Assembly: GCA_016190375.1 (NCBI GenBank)
Contig: JACPQR010000213.1
Span: forward strand, 3,340-67,339
From: Deltaproteobacteria bacterium
GTDB lineage: Bacteria > Myxococcota_A > Polyangia > JACPQR01
DNA: 64,000 nucleotides
Reading direction: 5' to 3'
Shown here: piece by piece, positions 54,585 to 64,000 of the stretch
Layout of the letters: every line of letters starts with the position of its first letter
Numbering within the stretch: the stretch's first letter is position 1
Notes under the pieces: model-generated
Seen by the model: the letters and a program-made list of their open reading frames with translations, nothing else
What the model was told of the DNA's origin: nothing
The model's database searches: none
Translations under genes and position numbers: made by a program

Positions 54585-55502
54585 GTGAAATCCTCTGACG
54601 TCCGCCCCTCCCCCTTGGTTTCGATCCCGACGATCCGGTTCGGTACGCCCCGAAAGCTCCCCAAGGCCGAGACGCTGCCCGGAAGGGTCGCCGTCCTGGA
54701 CATCGCGTTTGCCGCCGACCAGATGGGGTCCCCCTGGGAGAAGGTCACGGGAGCGTTTCTTGCGGGGCTGGGCGACCGCCTGGCCGTCTGGGTGGACCAC
54801 CACGACCACGAGAAACACGCGGATTTTCGCGGCGATCCCCGTTTCGTCCTCGCATCCAAGGCCCAGCACGGGGGCTGCCCCGAGATGATCACGCCCGAGC
54901 TGATCGGGCGCGTGGGCCCGGTCGACACGATCCTCTGCCATCTCGACCTCGACGGTCTGTACGCTGCCGCGAAGTGGTGCCTCGGGGGCCGGGAGCCCTA
55001 CGCCGGCGCAGACGACGATGCCCGGGCGGTCGACACGCGCATGGGTCGACCCGGGCCGGAGGCCGAGCGCATCGATCGCGCCATCCGGGGTAGACCTTCC
55101 GATGACGGCCTTCGCCTCGCCGTCGTTCGCTACCTCGTGACGGGCCTGCACGATGCGAACTTGCGGGCGCAGATGAACCTCGCGGCCGAGCAGCTCACCG
55201 GGATCGAGGAGGCCACCCGACACCTCGCGGAGGCGTACCGAATCGAGGGCAAGGTCGCCATCGTCGAGCTGCGCCCGAATCCGCCCCGCTACGACAAGAC
55301 GCTGCTCTTGCTCCTCGGCCAACAGCTCGCGCCCGTCTCGATCGTACGCGATCGTGGGAACATCACCGTGGCCGCCGCCTTCGACTCGGGCTACGACTTC
55401 GTCGACCTGCTCGGCATCGAGGGAGGCATGCCGACCCGCATCTCGGTCCCCGACAAACGCCTGCCCGAGATCCTGCGCGCGATCAACCGGCCCTCGCCAT
55501 GA
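54585..55502 (+). CDS. DHH-like phosphoesterase with rearranged motifs
   Basis: VLDIA, WVDHH, CHLDLDG, AVDT; start uncertain. Confidence 0.6.
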   Translation: MKSSDVRPSPLVSIPTIRFGTPRKLPKAETLPGRVAVLDIAFAADQMGSPWEKVTGAFLAGLGDRLAVWVDHHDHEKHADFRGDPRFVLASKAQHGGCPEMITPELIGRVGPVDTILCHLDLDGLYAAAKWCLGGREPYAGADDDARAVDTRMGRPGPEAERIDRAIRGRPSDDGLRLAVVRYLVTGLHDANLRAQMNLAAEQLTGIEEATRHLAEAYRIEGKVAIVELRPNPPRYDKTLLLLLGQQLAPVSIVRDRGNITVAAAFDSGYDFVDLLGIEGGMPTRISVPDKRLPEILRAINRPSP

Positions 55503-55762
55503 ACTTGGACGTCCTGGCCGCGCAGCTCGCCCAGCTCCTGACCACGAGCGACAAGGGCGAGCTCGAGGAGATCGTACGCCGCTGGCGGCAGACCGCCGCC
55601 TCGCCCGGGCAGCGAGAGCTGATGGAGAAGATGGGCGACCAGGTCCTCGCGCTCAAGAGCGCCTTCGACCTCGCCTCCGAGCCGCCGAGCCGCGAGGAGC
55701 TGGAGGTCGCCCTGGGAATGATGCTGAGGCTCGCCGCGAGCGGCGGCGACGCGGTCCGCTGA
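55499..55762 (+). CDS. Small helical hypothetical protein
   Basis: 87 aa; ATGA overlap with the upstream gene. Confidence 0.75.
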   Translation: MNLDVLAAQLAQLLTTSDKGELEEIVRRWRQTAASPGQRELMEKMGDQVLALKSAFDLASEPPSREELEVALGMMLRLAASGGDAVR

Positions 55763-55847
55763 CCTCGAAGACCGCCGGCGCTTGCCTGTGGCGGATGCCG
55801 GGGCAAGCTGCCAGTATCGGCAGGCTGAGGAGGCCCGAAGCCCGGCG

Positions 55848-57815
55848 ATGCGCGAAGACAGGCTCACGTTCCGACCCAGGATCCTCTACCTGACCGAAGA
55901 TCCCGCGCTCTTGCGCAGGCAGCTCGACGGCGAGCAGCTCCCCTGGGACCCCGATCTTCCGCTCCTCGACTCCATCTCGACCGACGAGCTGACTCCCGGC
56001 TGGGTCTGTTACTACTACGACGAGAAGCTCGGGGAGTACTGCCTCGTCGGCCTTCGCGGCGGCGTCGTTCGCAGGCACGACATCGCCAGGGCCCGGCCCG
56101 ACGTCATCGTCTCGGGCAGGTCGAAGGGGTGCGGATCTTCGCGCGAGACCGCGCCTTTCGCCGAGAAGTGCGCCGGCGTGCGTCTGGTGATCGCTCGATC
56201 GATCGAGAAGATCTACGGCCAGAACTGCCACAACATCGGTCTACTGACGTCGACCGACATGGGCCTCGTCGGGCGAATCGAGCGGGGCGAGCCGATAGCG
56301 ATCGAGGAGTTCACCCGCGATCTCGACCCGATCAGCGCCGACATCGTGCGGTACGGCGGACTGTTCGAGTACTCGAAAGCGCGCCTCGAGGGCCGCGCCA
56401 GCGCGCCGCCCATCCAGACGCCGGCCCGACCGATGAACGTGGTCGAGAAGATCCTCGCCCGTCACGCGGTCACCGATCTGCAGAACGACGCCCGCGGCCT
56501 GCCGGCAGTTCGGCCCGGAGACGCTCTGTTCGCTCGCGCCGACGTTCGCTTCAGCCACGAGTACGTGACGCCGATGGCAGAGGCGCTCTTTCGCCAGGCC
56601 TTCGGTCCCGACGCGCGCGTGGCCGAGCCGTCGAGCGTCTTCACGTTCCGCGACCACCTCACGTTCCTCGAGAAGGTGATGTCGGAGGAGCACAGGCAGA
56701 TGGGCCTGCTCGAGGCGGCGAAGGGCCTCGCCGACACGCAGGAGGAGTTCGCGAGGACGCAGGGCCTGAAGCTCTACGGCGAGGCCGCCGCCGGCGGCTC
56801 GGAGGCGATCTGCCACAACGCCGTCATCGAGGACCTCGCGGAGCCGGGCCAGGTGGTGGCCGGCACCGACTCGCACACCTGCATGGCGGGCGTCCTCGGC
56901 TGCTTCGCGTTCGGCGTCGGATCGACCGACATGGCCAACGCCTGGTTCACACGGGACGTCAGGGTCCGGGTGCCCGAGACGGTTCGGTTCGCGCTCCATG
57001 GACGGCTGGGCGACGACGTCTGCGCCAAGGACGTGATCCTGCACATCCTGTCACGACCGTTCTTCAAGGAGGGCAAGGGAATCGGCAAGGTCCTGGAGAT
57101 CGGCGGCGAGGCAATCCGCGCGATGCCGCTCGACGAGCGCGCGACGCTCACCAACATGGCGGTCGAGGCCGGCGGCTTCACGGGCATCGTGGTGGCCGAC
57201 GACCTCGTGGTCGAGCAGCTCGTCCGCTCACGGGGCCTCGATCCGGTGCGCCTGCGCTCGCAGATCGTCCGACCGGATCCCGACGCCGAGTACTTCGCGA
57301 CCTTCGAGATCGACCTGGGCCGGATCGTGCCGATGGTCGCGCTTCCCGGCGATCCGCGAAACGGCGTCCCGCTCTCCGAGCTCGGCGGCGACGTCGCCAT
57401 CGACATCGCGTACGGCGGCTCTTGCACCGGCGGCAAGATGGCCGACATGGACATGTACTCGCGTGTCTTCGCCAGGGCGCTCCAGAAGGGTCTGAAGGTC
57501 CCGCCATCGGTGCAGTGCATCGTCCAGTTCGGTTCGCAGAAGATCCGCCGCTACGCGGAGTCGAAGGGCTACGTCGAGATCTTCGAGGGCGTGGGCGCGC
57601 AGGTCATCGACCCGTCGTGCGGCGCCTGCATCAAGGCGGGCCCCGGGGCCTCCTCGCGAGCCGAGCAGATCACGGTGAGCGCGCAGAACCGCAACTTCCC
57701 CGGGAGGAGCGGCCCCGGCCGGGTCTTCCTGGCGAGCCCCCTCGTCGTCGCCGCGAGCGCCATCGCCGGCCGCATCGTCTCTCCCGAGACCTTGCTGGGC
57801 CGGGCCGGACCTTGA
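55848..57815 (+). CDS. Aconitase-family hydro-lyase, fused swivel (LeuD-like) + catalytic (LeuC-like) domains
   Basis: STDELTP, GCGSSRE; ICH, DSHT, GSCTGG, CGAC, NRNFPGR. Confidence 0.9.
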   Translation: MREDRLTFRPRILYLTEDPALLRRQLDGEQLPWDPDLPLLDSISTDELTPGWVCYYYDEKLGEYCLVGLRGGVVRRHDIARARPDVIVSGRSKGCGSSRETAPFAEKCAGVRLVIARSIEKIYGQNCHNIGLLTSTDMGLVGRIERGEPIAIEEFTRDLDPISADIVRYGGLFEYSKARLEGRASAPPIQTPARPMNVVEKILARHAVTDLQNDARGLPAVRPGDALFARADVRFSHEYVTPMAEALFRQAFGPDARVAEPSSVFTFRDHLTFLEKVMSEEHRQMGLLEAAKGLADTQEEFARTQGLKLYGEAAAGGSEAICHNAVIEDLAEPGQVVAGTDSHTCMAGVLGCFAFGVGSTDMANAWFTRDVRVRVPETVRFALHGRLGDDVCAKDVILHILSRPFFKEGKGIGKVLEIGGEAIRAMPLDERATLTNMAVEAGGFTGIVVADDLVVEQLVRSRGLDPVRLRSQIVRPDPDAEYFATFEIDLGRIVPMVALPGDPRNGVPLSELGGDVAIDIAYGGSCTGGKMADMDMYSRVFARALQKGLKVPPSVQCIVQFGSQKIRRYAESKGYVEIFEGVGAQVIDPSCGACIKAGPGASSRAEQITVSAQNRNFPGRSGPGRVFLASPLVVAASAIAGRIVSPETLLGRAGP

Positions 57816-57840
57816 CACCTTCGAGCCCGCTGCCTATTGT
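57812..57840 (+). promoter_or_regulatory. sigma70-type promoter
   Basis: TTGACA-N17-TATTGT. Confidence 0.7.
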
Positions 57841-57898
57841 GCGCCGCGTTTCATCGGCCTTTTTCGCTCCCGCAGTCTGAAGCAAGGGGATCCCCACC

Positions 57899-58069
57899 AT
57901 GGAGTGGCAGTTCGACAAGCGTGTGCTAGACCGCAACGTTCAGAAGGGCGTCGTCAGCGCCAAGGACGTCGAGAAGAGGCTCAAGGGCCTTCCCGACCTG
58001 CAGGACCAGATCCTGGTCGAGACCGAAGAGGAAAGGGCATCGGAGCAGGGCGCGCCAGAGAAGGAGTAG
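57899..58069 (+). CDS. Small protein (56 aa), not in the ORF track
   Basis: MEWQFDKRVLDRNVQKGVVSAKDVEKRLKGLPDLQDQILVETEEERASEQGAPEKE; AAGGGG RBS; promoter upstream; GC3-rich codons. Confidence 0.8.
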   Translation: MEWQFDKRVLDRNVQKGVVSAKDVEKRLKGLPDLQDQILVETEEERASEQGAPEKE

Positions 58070-58077
58070 CCGCGGCG

Positions 58078-58482
58078 ATGGCAGTCGAGGACAAGGGCTA
58101 CAAGGTCACCGATCGGAGGGCGTTCACGCCGGACGGTGAGCTGCGTGAGGAGACGGCCGAGCCCGCTCCCGGGCCCGTGGCCGAGCCGCCCGAGGAGAGG
58201 CCCGAGGCCGAGCCGACCGGCCCCCACGGACCGTTGCCGGAGATCGACTTCGCCACGTTCCTTTTGTCGCTCGCGTCGAGCGCGATGTTCCAGATGGGCG
58301 CGGCTTCGGTCGAAGGGCAGCCCGCGGAGGTCGATCTGCCCCTGGCGCGGCAGACCATCGACATCCTCGGGATGCTCCAGCAGAAGACGAAGGGAAATTT
58401 GACCGGCGAGGAGGAACGACTCCTCGACCACGTCCTGTACGACCTCAGGATCCAGTTCGTCGCGGCCACGAAGCGGAAGTAG
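58078..58482 (+). CDS. DUF1844 domain protein
   Basis: DFATFLLSL...ARQTIDILGMLQQKTKGNLTGEE..LYDLR; AAGGAG RBS. Confidence 0.9.
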   Translation: MAVEDKGYKVTDRRAFTPDGELREETAEPAPGPVAEPPEERPEAEPTGPHGPLPEIDFATFLLSLASSAMFQMGAASVEGQPAEVDLPLARQTIDILGMLQQKTKGNLTGEEERLLDHVLYDLRIQFVAATKRK

Positions 58483-58486
58483 GCGC

Positions 58487-59620
58487 ATGGCCCGCCCGCC
58501 GCGCTCAGTCGCCATGCTCGCGCTGCTGTGCTCGAGCTGCCCGTCGACGAGGGCGCCGACCATCGTGGAGCAGCCGGCCGCGCAACCCGAGCCCGCGGTC
58601 GCCCCGTCGGGGACGACCGGGCCGAGCGCACCCCCGCTGGTCGCTCCCATGGTTCCGACGTCGTTCGTCGACCTCGTCCAGCACGTCAAGGGCGCGGTGG
58701 TGAACGTCTTCGCCGCTCAGGTGGTGCGCGGCGGCTTGCCGAACCCGTTCGGCGGACCGTGGGGAGCCGTCCCCGATCGGATCCAGCGGAGCCTGGGAAC
58801 CGGCTTCGTGATCGACTCGGAGGGCTACGTCATCACGAACAACCACGTCATCGAGCACGCATCCGACATCCGGGTCCAGACCTCGTCGAACGAGGAGGTC
58901 TCGGCGTCCGTCGTGGGGCTCGACGACCGCACGGACGTGGCGCTCTTGAGGATCAGCGCGCGAAACCTCGTCGCGCCGCCGCTCGGTGACTCGGACGCCC
59001 TGCAGGTCGGGGAGTGGGTCGTCGCGATAGGGAACCCATTCGGGTTGTCCCAGACCGTGACCGCGGGCATCGTGAGCGCCAAGGGTCGCACGGGCCGCGA
59101 CGTGCCGATCGACCCCGCGGGCTACTACAACTTCATCCAGACCGACGCATCGATCAACCCCGGCAACTCGGGCGGGCCGCTCTTCAACATGCGGGGCGAG
59201 ATCGTCGGCATCAACACCGCCATCAACGCGGCCGGTCAGGGGATCGGGTTCGCGATACCCATCAACATGGTCAAGCAGATCCTCCCCCAGCTCCGCACGA
59301 GCGGTCGCGTGACGCGAAGCTGGCTCGGGATCAGTATCCAGAGCGTCACTCGCGACGCAGCGACCCAGCTCGGCCTGCCGGAGCCGAAGGGGGCTCTGGT
59401 CGTGGAGGTCTTCCCGGGCGGGCCGGCCGCCTCGGCGGGACTGCGGTCCGGCGACGTGATCCTCGAGTTCGACGGCCAGGCGATACGCGACTCCTCCGAG
59501 CTGCCGTGGCTCGCGTCGACCGCGGGTGTCGGTCACATCGCCCGGCTCGACGTCTTCCGCGGCGGGTCGCAGCGCCAGATCCAGCTCCGGCTCGTCGAGA
59601 TGCCCCCCCAGCGCAGGTGA
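58487..59620 (+). CDS. HtrA/DegP-family serine protease, single PDZ
   Basis: TNNHV, TDVAL, QTDASINPGNSGGPL, PDZ. Confidence 0.95.
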   Translation: MARPPRSVAMLALLCSSCPSTRAPTIVEQPAAQPEPAVAPSGTTGPSAPPLVAPMVPTSFVDLVQHVKGAVVNVFAAQVVRGGLPNPFGGPWGAVPDRIQRSLGTGFVIDSEGYVITNNHVIEHASDIRVQTSSNEEVSASVVGLDDRTDVALLRISARNLVAPPLGDSDALQVGEWVVAIGNPFGLSQTVTAGIVSAKGRTGRDVPIDPAGYYNFIQTDASINPGNSGGPLFNMRGEIVGINTAINAAGQGIGFAIPINMVKQILPQLRTSGRVTRSWLGISIQSVTRDAATQLGLPEPKGALVVEVFPGGPAASAGLRSGDVILEFDGQAIRDSSELPWLASTAGVGHIARLDVFRGGSQRQIQLRLVEMPPQRR

Positions 59621-59644
59621 GCCCGAACGCCCGAGCGACATCCA

Positions 59645-62227
59645 ATGGCAAGAACACTCCGACTCGAGTCGTACACACCGGAAGCGAAGAGCGCCGTGGC
59701 TTCGGCGCAGCAGCTCGCCGACGACCGCGATCATCCCGAGGTCGAGGCGATCCACCTGCTCCACAAGCTGGCGGAGCGCGACCTCGGGACCGCGGCGGCC
59801 CTGAAGAAGATGGCCGTGGCCCCGACCGACGTCGTCGCCGAGGCGGAGGTCGTGCTCCGCAAGCTGCCGGTGGTGCGAGGGTCGGTCGCGTTCCTGTCGC
59901 CGCGCCTGCAGGAGCTGCTCGGACGCGCGGAGGTGGAGGCGGCGCGTGACTCGGGTGGCAAGGTCCAGACGAGGCACCTTCTGCTCGCCATCGGCCAGGA
60001 GGCGCGCGGCCCGGCGGCCGACCTCCTCCGGTCCTTCGACCTGAACGTGCAGCAGATCCGCGAGGCCCTGGGTCAAGCGCCCGCAGGCTCTTCGGAGGCG
60101 GGCGGCTCGGTAGATCCGCTCGAGCGCTTCGGTCGCGACCTCACCCGGATGGCCGCGGACGGACGCTTCGACCCGATCGTCGGGCGGGACGCCGAGCTTC
60201 GACGGGTGATGCAGGTTCTTTCTCGTCGCTTCAAGAACAACCCGATCCTCATCGGCGGACCGGGCGTGGGGAAGACGGCCATCGTCGAGGCACTCGCTCA
60301 GAGGCTCGTCTCGGGCGACGTGCCGGCCGGGCTGAAGGGCAAGCGGCTGGTCTCCCTGGACCTCGGAGCAATCCTCGCGGGCGCGAAGCTCCGAGGGGAG
60401 CTCGAGGACAGGATCAAGTCCATGCTCACCGCGATCCGCGACTCGGGCGGTGAGGTCCTGCTCTTCATCGACGAGATCCACACGCTGGTCGGCGCCGGCG
60501 GCGGCTCGGGGTCCGTCGGGGCGGCGGACCTGCTCAAGCCCGCGCTCGCGAGGGGCGAGCTCCGGTGCATCGGAGTCACCACGCCCGACGAGCACCGGAG
60601 GTACTTCGAGAAGGACGCCGCGCTGGCGCGCCGATTCCAGCCCATAAACGTCGACGAGCCCAGCGTCACCGAGGCGATCCAGATCCTGCGGGGAGTCGTC
60701 GAGAAGTACGAGATCCATCACGGCATCAAGATCTCGGACCCGGCCGTGGTGGCCGCTGTCTCCCTCTCTTCGAGGTATCTGACCGATCGGCACCTGCCCG
60801 ACAAGGCGATCGACCTCATGGACGAGGCCGCCTCCAAGGTGCGGATCGAGATCGACAGCGTGCCGGAGGAAATCGACGCGCTGGAGCGACGAGTCCTCAT
60901 GATCCAGATGGAGCTTCGCTCGCTGGTCGACGAGGAAGACCGCGAGAGCAAGGCCACCGTCGCGCGCCTCGAGGCGGAGCTGGCCGACATCAAGCCCAAG
61001 GCCGAGGGCCGTCGCGCGGCATGGGAGAAGGAGCTCGGGGGCCTGGCGCTGGTGCAAGAGGCCCGGGCGGAGCTCGATGCCGCTCGGCGCGAGCAGCAAG
61101 TCGCCGAGCGCGAAGGCGACCTCGGCAGGGCCAGCGAGCTGAGGTTCGGTGTTCTGCCCGAGCTCGAAGAGCGAGTCGCCCGGCTCGGCGCCGAGGCGCA
61201 CGCGCCCGGGACCAAGCCGATCCTGCGAGAGAGCGTGAGCGAACAGGACGTCGCCAAGGTCGTCGAGGAGTGGACCGGCATTCCGGCGGCCAAGATGATG
61301 CAGCGGGAGGCCGAGAAGCTCCTGGCGATGGAGGACAAGCTCCGGGAGCGAGTGGTCGGCCAGGACGACGCTCTGAAGGCCGTCGGGAAGGCGGTTCGCC
61401 GCGGCCGGGTGGGCCTGCGCGATCCCGGCAAGCCCATCGGCTCGTTCCTCTTCCTGGGCCCGACGGGCGTGGGCAAGACCGAGCTGGCGAAGGCCCTCGC
61501 GGAGTTCATGTTCGACGACGAGGCGTCGCTCACGCGGCTCGACATGAGCGAGTTCATGGAGCGGCACATGGCCGCCCGCCTCGTCGGCGCGCCACCCGGC
61601 TACGTCGACAGCGACGAAGGTGGCTACCTCACGGAGGCGGTGCGACGCCGGCCCTACTCCGTCGTGCTCTTCGACGAGGTCGAGAAGGGACACAACGACG
61701 TCTTCAACCTGCTACTTCAGGTGCTCGACGACGGCCGGCTGACGGACGGACGAGGCCGGCTGGTCAACTTCTCGAACACGGTCATCATCATGACCTCGAA
61801 CATCGGCGGGCAGATGATCCTCGACTTCGAGGGCGACATGGAGGCCCTCCGGGAGAGGATGGACGGTGAGCTGCGCAAGCACTTCCGCCCGGAGTTCCTC
61901 AACCGGATCGACGATGTCATCGTCTTCAACCGCCTGCGCAAGGAAGACCTGCACGGCATCGTGAACATCCAGCTCGAGCGGCTGGGGCGGCTGCTCGCCG
62001 AGCGCGACCTCGGCCTCGACCTGACCGAAAAAGCGCGCAAGAGGCTCGTGGAGCGTGGCTACGATCCGGCCTTCGGCGCGCGTCCGCTCAAGCGCGTCCT
62101 CCTCAAGGAGGTGCAGGACCCGCTCGCCGAGGAGATCCTGCGCGGGGGATACGCGGCGGGCGACGTGGTCCGCATCGACGAAGGACCGGACGGCTTCCGC
62201 TTCGAGCGACGAATCCGCACCGGATGA
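59645..62227 (+). CDS. clpB: Second ClpB-like AAA+ chaperone
   Basis: GGPGVGKT, M-domain, [15 protein letters not shown]; 860 aa. Confidence 0.9.
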   Translation: MARTLRLESYTPEAKSAVASAQQLADDRDHPEVEAIHLLHKLAERDLGTAAALKKMAVAPTDVVAEAEVVLRKLPVVRGSVAFLSPRLQELLGRAEVEAARDSGGKVQTRHLLLAIGQEARGPAADLLRSFDLNVQQIREALGQAPAGSSEAGGSVDPLERFGRDLTRMAADGRFDPIVGRDAELRRVMQVLSRRFKNNPILIGGPGVGKTAIVEALAQRLVSGDVPAGLKGKRLVSLDLGAILAGAKLRGELEDRIKSMLTAIRDSGGEVLLFIDEIHTLVGAGGGSGSVGAADLLKPALARGELRCIGVTTPDEHRRYFEKDAALARRFQPINVDEPSVTEAIQILRGVVEKYEIHHGIKISDPAVVAAVSLSSRYLTDRHLPDKAIDLMDEAASKVRIEIDSVPEEIDALERRVLMIQMELRSLVDEEDRESKATVARLEAELADIKPKAEGRRAAWEKELGGLALVQEARAELDAARREQQVAEREGDLGRASELRFGVLPELEERVARLGAEAHAPGTKPILRESVSEQDVAKVVEEWTGIPAAKMMQREAEKLLAMEDKLRERVVGQDDALKAVGKAVRRGRVGLRDPGKPIGSFLFLGPTGVGKTELAKALAEFMFDDEASLTRLDMSEFMERHMAARLVGAPPGYVDSDEGGYLTEAVRRRPYSVVLFDEVEKGHNDVFNLLLQVLDDGRLTDGRGRLVNFSNTVIIMTSNIGGQMILDFEGDMEALRERMDGELRKHFRPEFLNRIDDVIVFNRLRKEDLHGIVNIQLERLGRLLAERDLGLDLTEKARKRLVERGYDPAFGARPLKRVLLKEVQDPLAEEILRGGYAAGDVVRIDEGPDGFRFERRIRTG

Positions 62228-62230
62228 GAT

Positions 62231-63325
62231 TCACTGACCCGTCTGGTAGCCCTGCATCGCGAAGGCGCCGTTGCCGGCGTACATGAGGACCCTGATGGTG
62301 TAGGTGCCGGGATAGCTCGGGCAGTGGTTGACGTCCGGCTCGGCGTCGGTCCGCTCGTCCCGCGAGACCTGGTTGCCCGCGGGTGCGACGAGGAAGATGT
62401 CGAGGTCCGAGACACCCGAACCGCCGAAGCCGGCGATCGTGTAGCAGCGCCCCGTCTCCAGGTTCGCGGTGAAGTTCTGGGTCATCCTCGTCGAGAGCGT
62501 TCCCGAGCCGGCGATTGCAGGCGCCGGGCGGTAGCCCTTGGCGAGCCGGCGAGCCGTGAAGAGGTCCATCCGCCGCCGGACGACGGGGTCGATGCCCGCC
62601 AGGCCCGACGCCTGCACCGCCGCACCCGCGGAGCGGTAGACCTGGTAGGTATAGGGTCCGGCTCCCGAGTACATGTGGAAGCGCACCCTGTACTGTCCCG
62701 TCTCCGTCGCGCAGGACCGCACGATCGGGCGCGAGTCCGTGGCGAAGTCACGGACGAGCTGCCGGCCGGCCGGGTTGTACAGGTAGGCGTCGAGGTCCCG
62801 CACCCCGGCCCCGCCGAAGCCGGCGATCGTGTAGCAGTCACCTCCGTTGAGCGTGATCTGGAAGTTGTCGGACTGGCTCGGTCCCAGTGTGTCGGCACCC
62901 GGATCGCCGTGGGGCATGTACCCGGTAGCGATCATCTGCACGGTGTACTCCCGCATCCGTTCGGCGGCGCGGGGGTCGGCACCGGGCGGAGGCGGCGGTA
63001 TCTGCGGCACGCCCTGCGAGACCTGCCCGGGAACCACCGCCACCGGGCTCGTCGGGACCAGCGAGGTGGCTGGCCCGCCGACCTGACCGGGGACGAGAGC
63101 CGTCTGCGGCGTGGTAGGCATGATGGCGACCGGCTGCTGAGGTACGATCGGCGCGACTGGCAGCACCGGGGCGACCGGCATCCCTGGAACGGGTTGCGCG
63201 AGCGGCTGACCGGGGAACGGCATGGCCGGCTGACCGGGAACCGGCTGCACCGGGATTGGCTGCGGCGCGTTCTGCCCACAACCGAGCAGTATGACGAGGA
63301 CGAGAGAGCCCGAAGAACGAAGCAT
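62231..63325 (-). CDS. Lipoprotein, Pro/Gln-rich linker plus two tandem beta-sandwich (PPC-like) domains
   Basis: LLGC lipobox; CYTIAGFGG..DLD repeated; AGGAGG RBS; TATAAT at 63380-63385 (minus). Confidence 0.8.
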   Translation of the reverse strand: MLRSSGSLVLVILLGCGQNAPQPIPVQPVPGQPAMPFPGQPLAQPVPGMPVAPVLPVAPIVPQQPVAIMPTTPQTALVPGQVGGPATSLVPTSPVAVVPGQVSQGVPQIPPPPPGADPRAAERMREYTVQMIATGYMPHGDPGADTLGPSQSDNFQITLNGGDCYTIAGFGGAGVRDLDAYLYNPAGRQLVRDFATDSRPIVRSCATETGQYRVRFHMYSGAGPYTYQVYRSAGAAVQASGLAGIDPVVRRRMDLFTARRLAKGYRPAPAIAGSGTLSTRMTQNFTANLETGRCYTIAGFGGSGVSDLDIFLVAPAGNQVSRDERTDAEPDVNHCPSYPGTYTIRVLMYAGNGAFAMQGYQTGQ

Positions 63326-63424
63326 GACCCCTCCTGGATGGGCGTCGAGTGGCGGCTCGGCTCGCGGCCGGGCCCGACCATTATACGGTCGGCCGCACCG
63401 GTTTTTTCACGATGATTCGAATGA

Positions 63425-63571
63425 CTACCGGCGACGCGGGATGGGAACGCGGACGGGAGCCGCCTCGGGCTCGGCAGAAGGGACGAGAACGTCCTGCAGC
63501 CGCTCGATCGCCTCCTCGATCTTGCGGCGAATCCTGTCGAGGAGGCTGTCTTGCCTGGAGGGTTTGCTCAA
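63425..63571 (-). CDS. Small protein (48 aa), not in the ORF track
   Basis: TTG start: MSKPSRQDSLLDRIRRKIEEAIERLQDVLVPSAEPEAAPVRVPIPRRR; promoter upstream. Confidence 0.6.
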   Translation of the reverse strand: MSKPSRQDSLLDRIRRKIEEAIERLQDVLVPSAEPEAAPVRVPIPRRR

Positions 63572-63594
63572 TGCCGGCTCGACCCCGTCGCGTT

Positions 63595-63623
63595 ACTTTA
63601 TGGGAGCCGCCCCGGGCTGTCAA
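63595..63623 (-). promoter_or_regulatory. sigma70-type promoter
   Basis: Minus strand TTGACA-N17-TAAAGT. Confidence 0.7.
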
Positions 63624-63738
63624 TCGGGGGCCCACAACGAGCAAAGCACGTCGGGGGTCCCTTGATGATGGAGATGATAGAGTACGGGAAGTGGAAGGAC
63701 AGCACTCGAGCGGCGCCCACCTCGGTCTACAAGCCGAG

Positions 63739-64000
63739 ATGGAAACCCTCATCAGGAATTCGCACCTGTTCAAGTCGCTCGACGACGAGGGCCGGATGCG
63801 GGCTCTGTTGGAGAGCTCGCTCGCGCGATTCGCCGCCGGAGCGGTGATCCTTCGCGAAGGAGAGCCTGGCGACGACTTCTACCTCATCGCCGACGGAACG
63901 GTGCGCGTCGAGACGCGCCGCGGCGAGGGCACCGACGACAGCGTCGAGCTCGCGACTCTGGGGCGCGGCGCCTTCTTCGGGGAGGTCGCCGTGCTCACGG
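63739..64000 (+). CDS. Cyclic nucleotide-binding domain protein (runs off the window)
   Basis: Hand translation: METLIRNSHLFKSL...ILREGEPGDDFYLIADGTV...GAFFGEVAVLT; start could be upstream. Confidence 0.88.
   Translation, partial: METLIRNSHLFKSLDDEGRMRALLESSLARFAAGAVILREGEPGDDFYLIADGTVRVETRRGEGTDDSVELATLGRGAFFGEVAVLT

Noticed and set aside
58505..61693. 1062-aa minus-strand ORF, and similar long ORFs opposite clpB1, moxR and the kinases
   Set aside because: Antisense shadows of well-supported genes, caused by codon bias.
59645..62227. ClpV/TssH (type VI secretion) call
   Set aside because: Long ClpB-type M-domain and no T6SS genes in the window.

Overview
High-GC chromosomal segment with no rRNA, tRNA, CRISPR array, transposase or prophage that I can recognise. 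The gene content points to a Myxococcota bacterium (inference): three Ser/Thr kinases, an FHA-sigma54 activator, AgmX/PglI-like, PilZ and MYXO-CTERM proteins. It holds about 65 CDS. These include housekeeping genes (trxB, moaC, tlyA, murB, two clpB paralogs, an htrA), a complete MoxR-DUF58-BatABCDE operon, an ArsR-methyltransferase-flavin oxidoreductase operon, an orphan KS/chain-length-factor pair, an orphan amino-DNA methyltransferase and many secreted proteins or lipoproteins. The most unusual signals read directly from the sequence are: (1) a 114-bp duplication of the batB 3' end around a 122-bp REP-like hairpin insert, creating a 79-aa relay ORF that keeps batB-batC translational coupling; (2) a 167-bp MITE-like element with perfect 21-bp terminal inverted repeats whose end supplies a gene's stop codon; (3) a DHH-like phosphoesterase with rearranged motif order, next to a swivel-first LeuD-LeuC-type fusion; (4) a secreted protein with thioester-domain-like YC...TQxAVW motifs; (5) four sigma54 -24/-12 sites; (6) two small ORFs absent from the ORF track, each behind a near-consensus sigma70 promoter. 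I could not run searches, so product calls rest on motif recognition and novelty is unproven.
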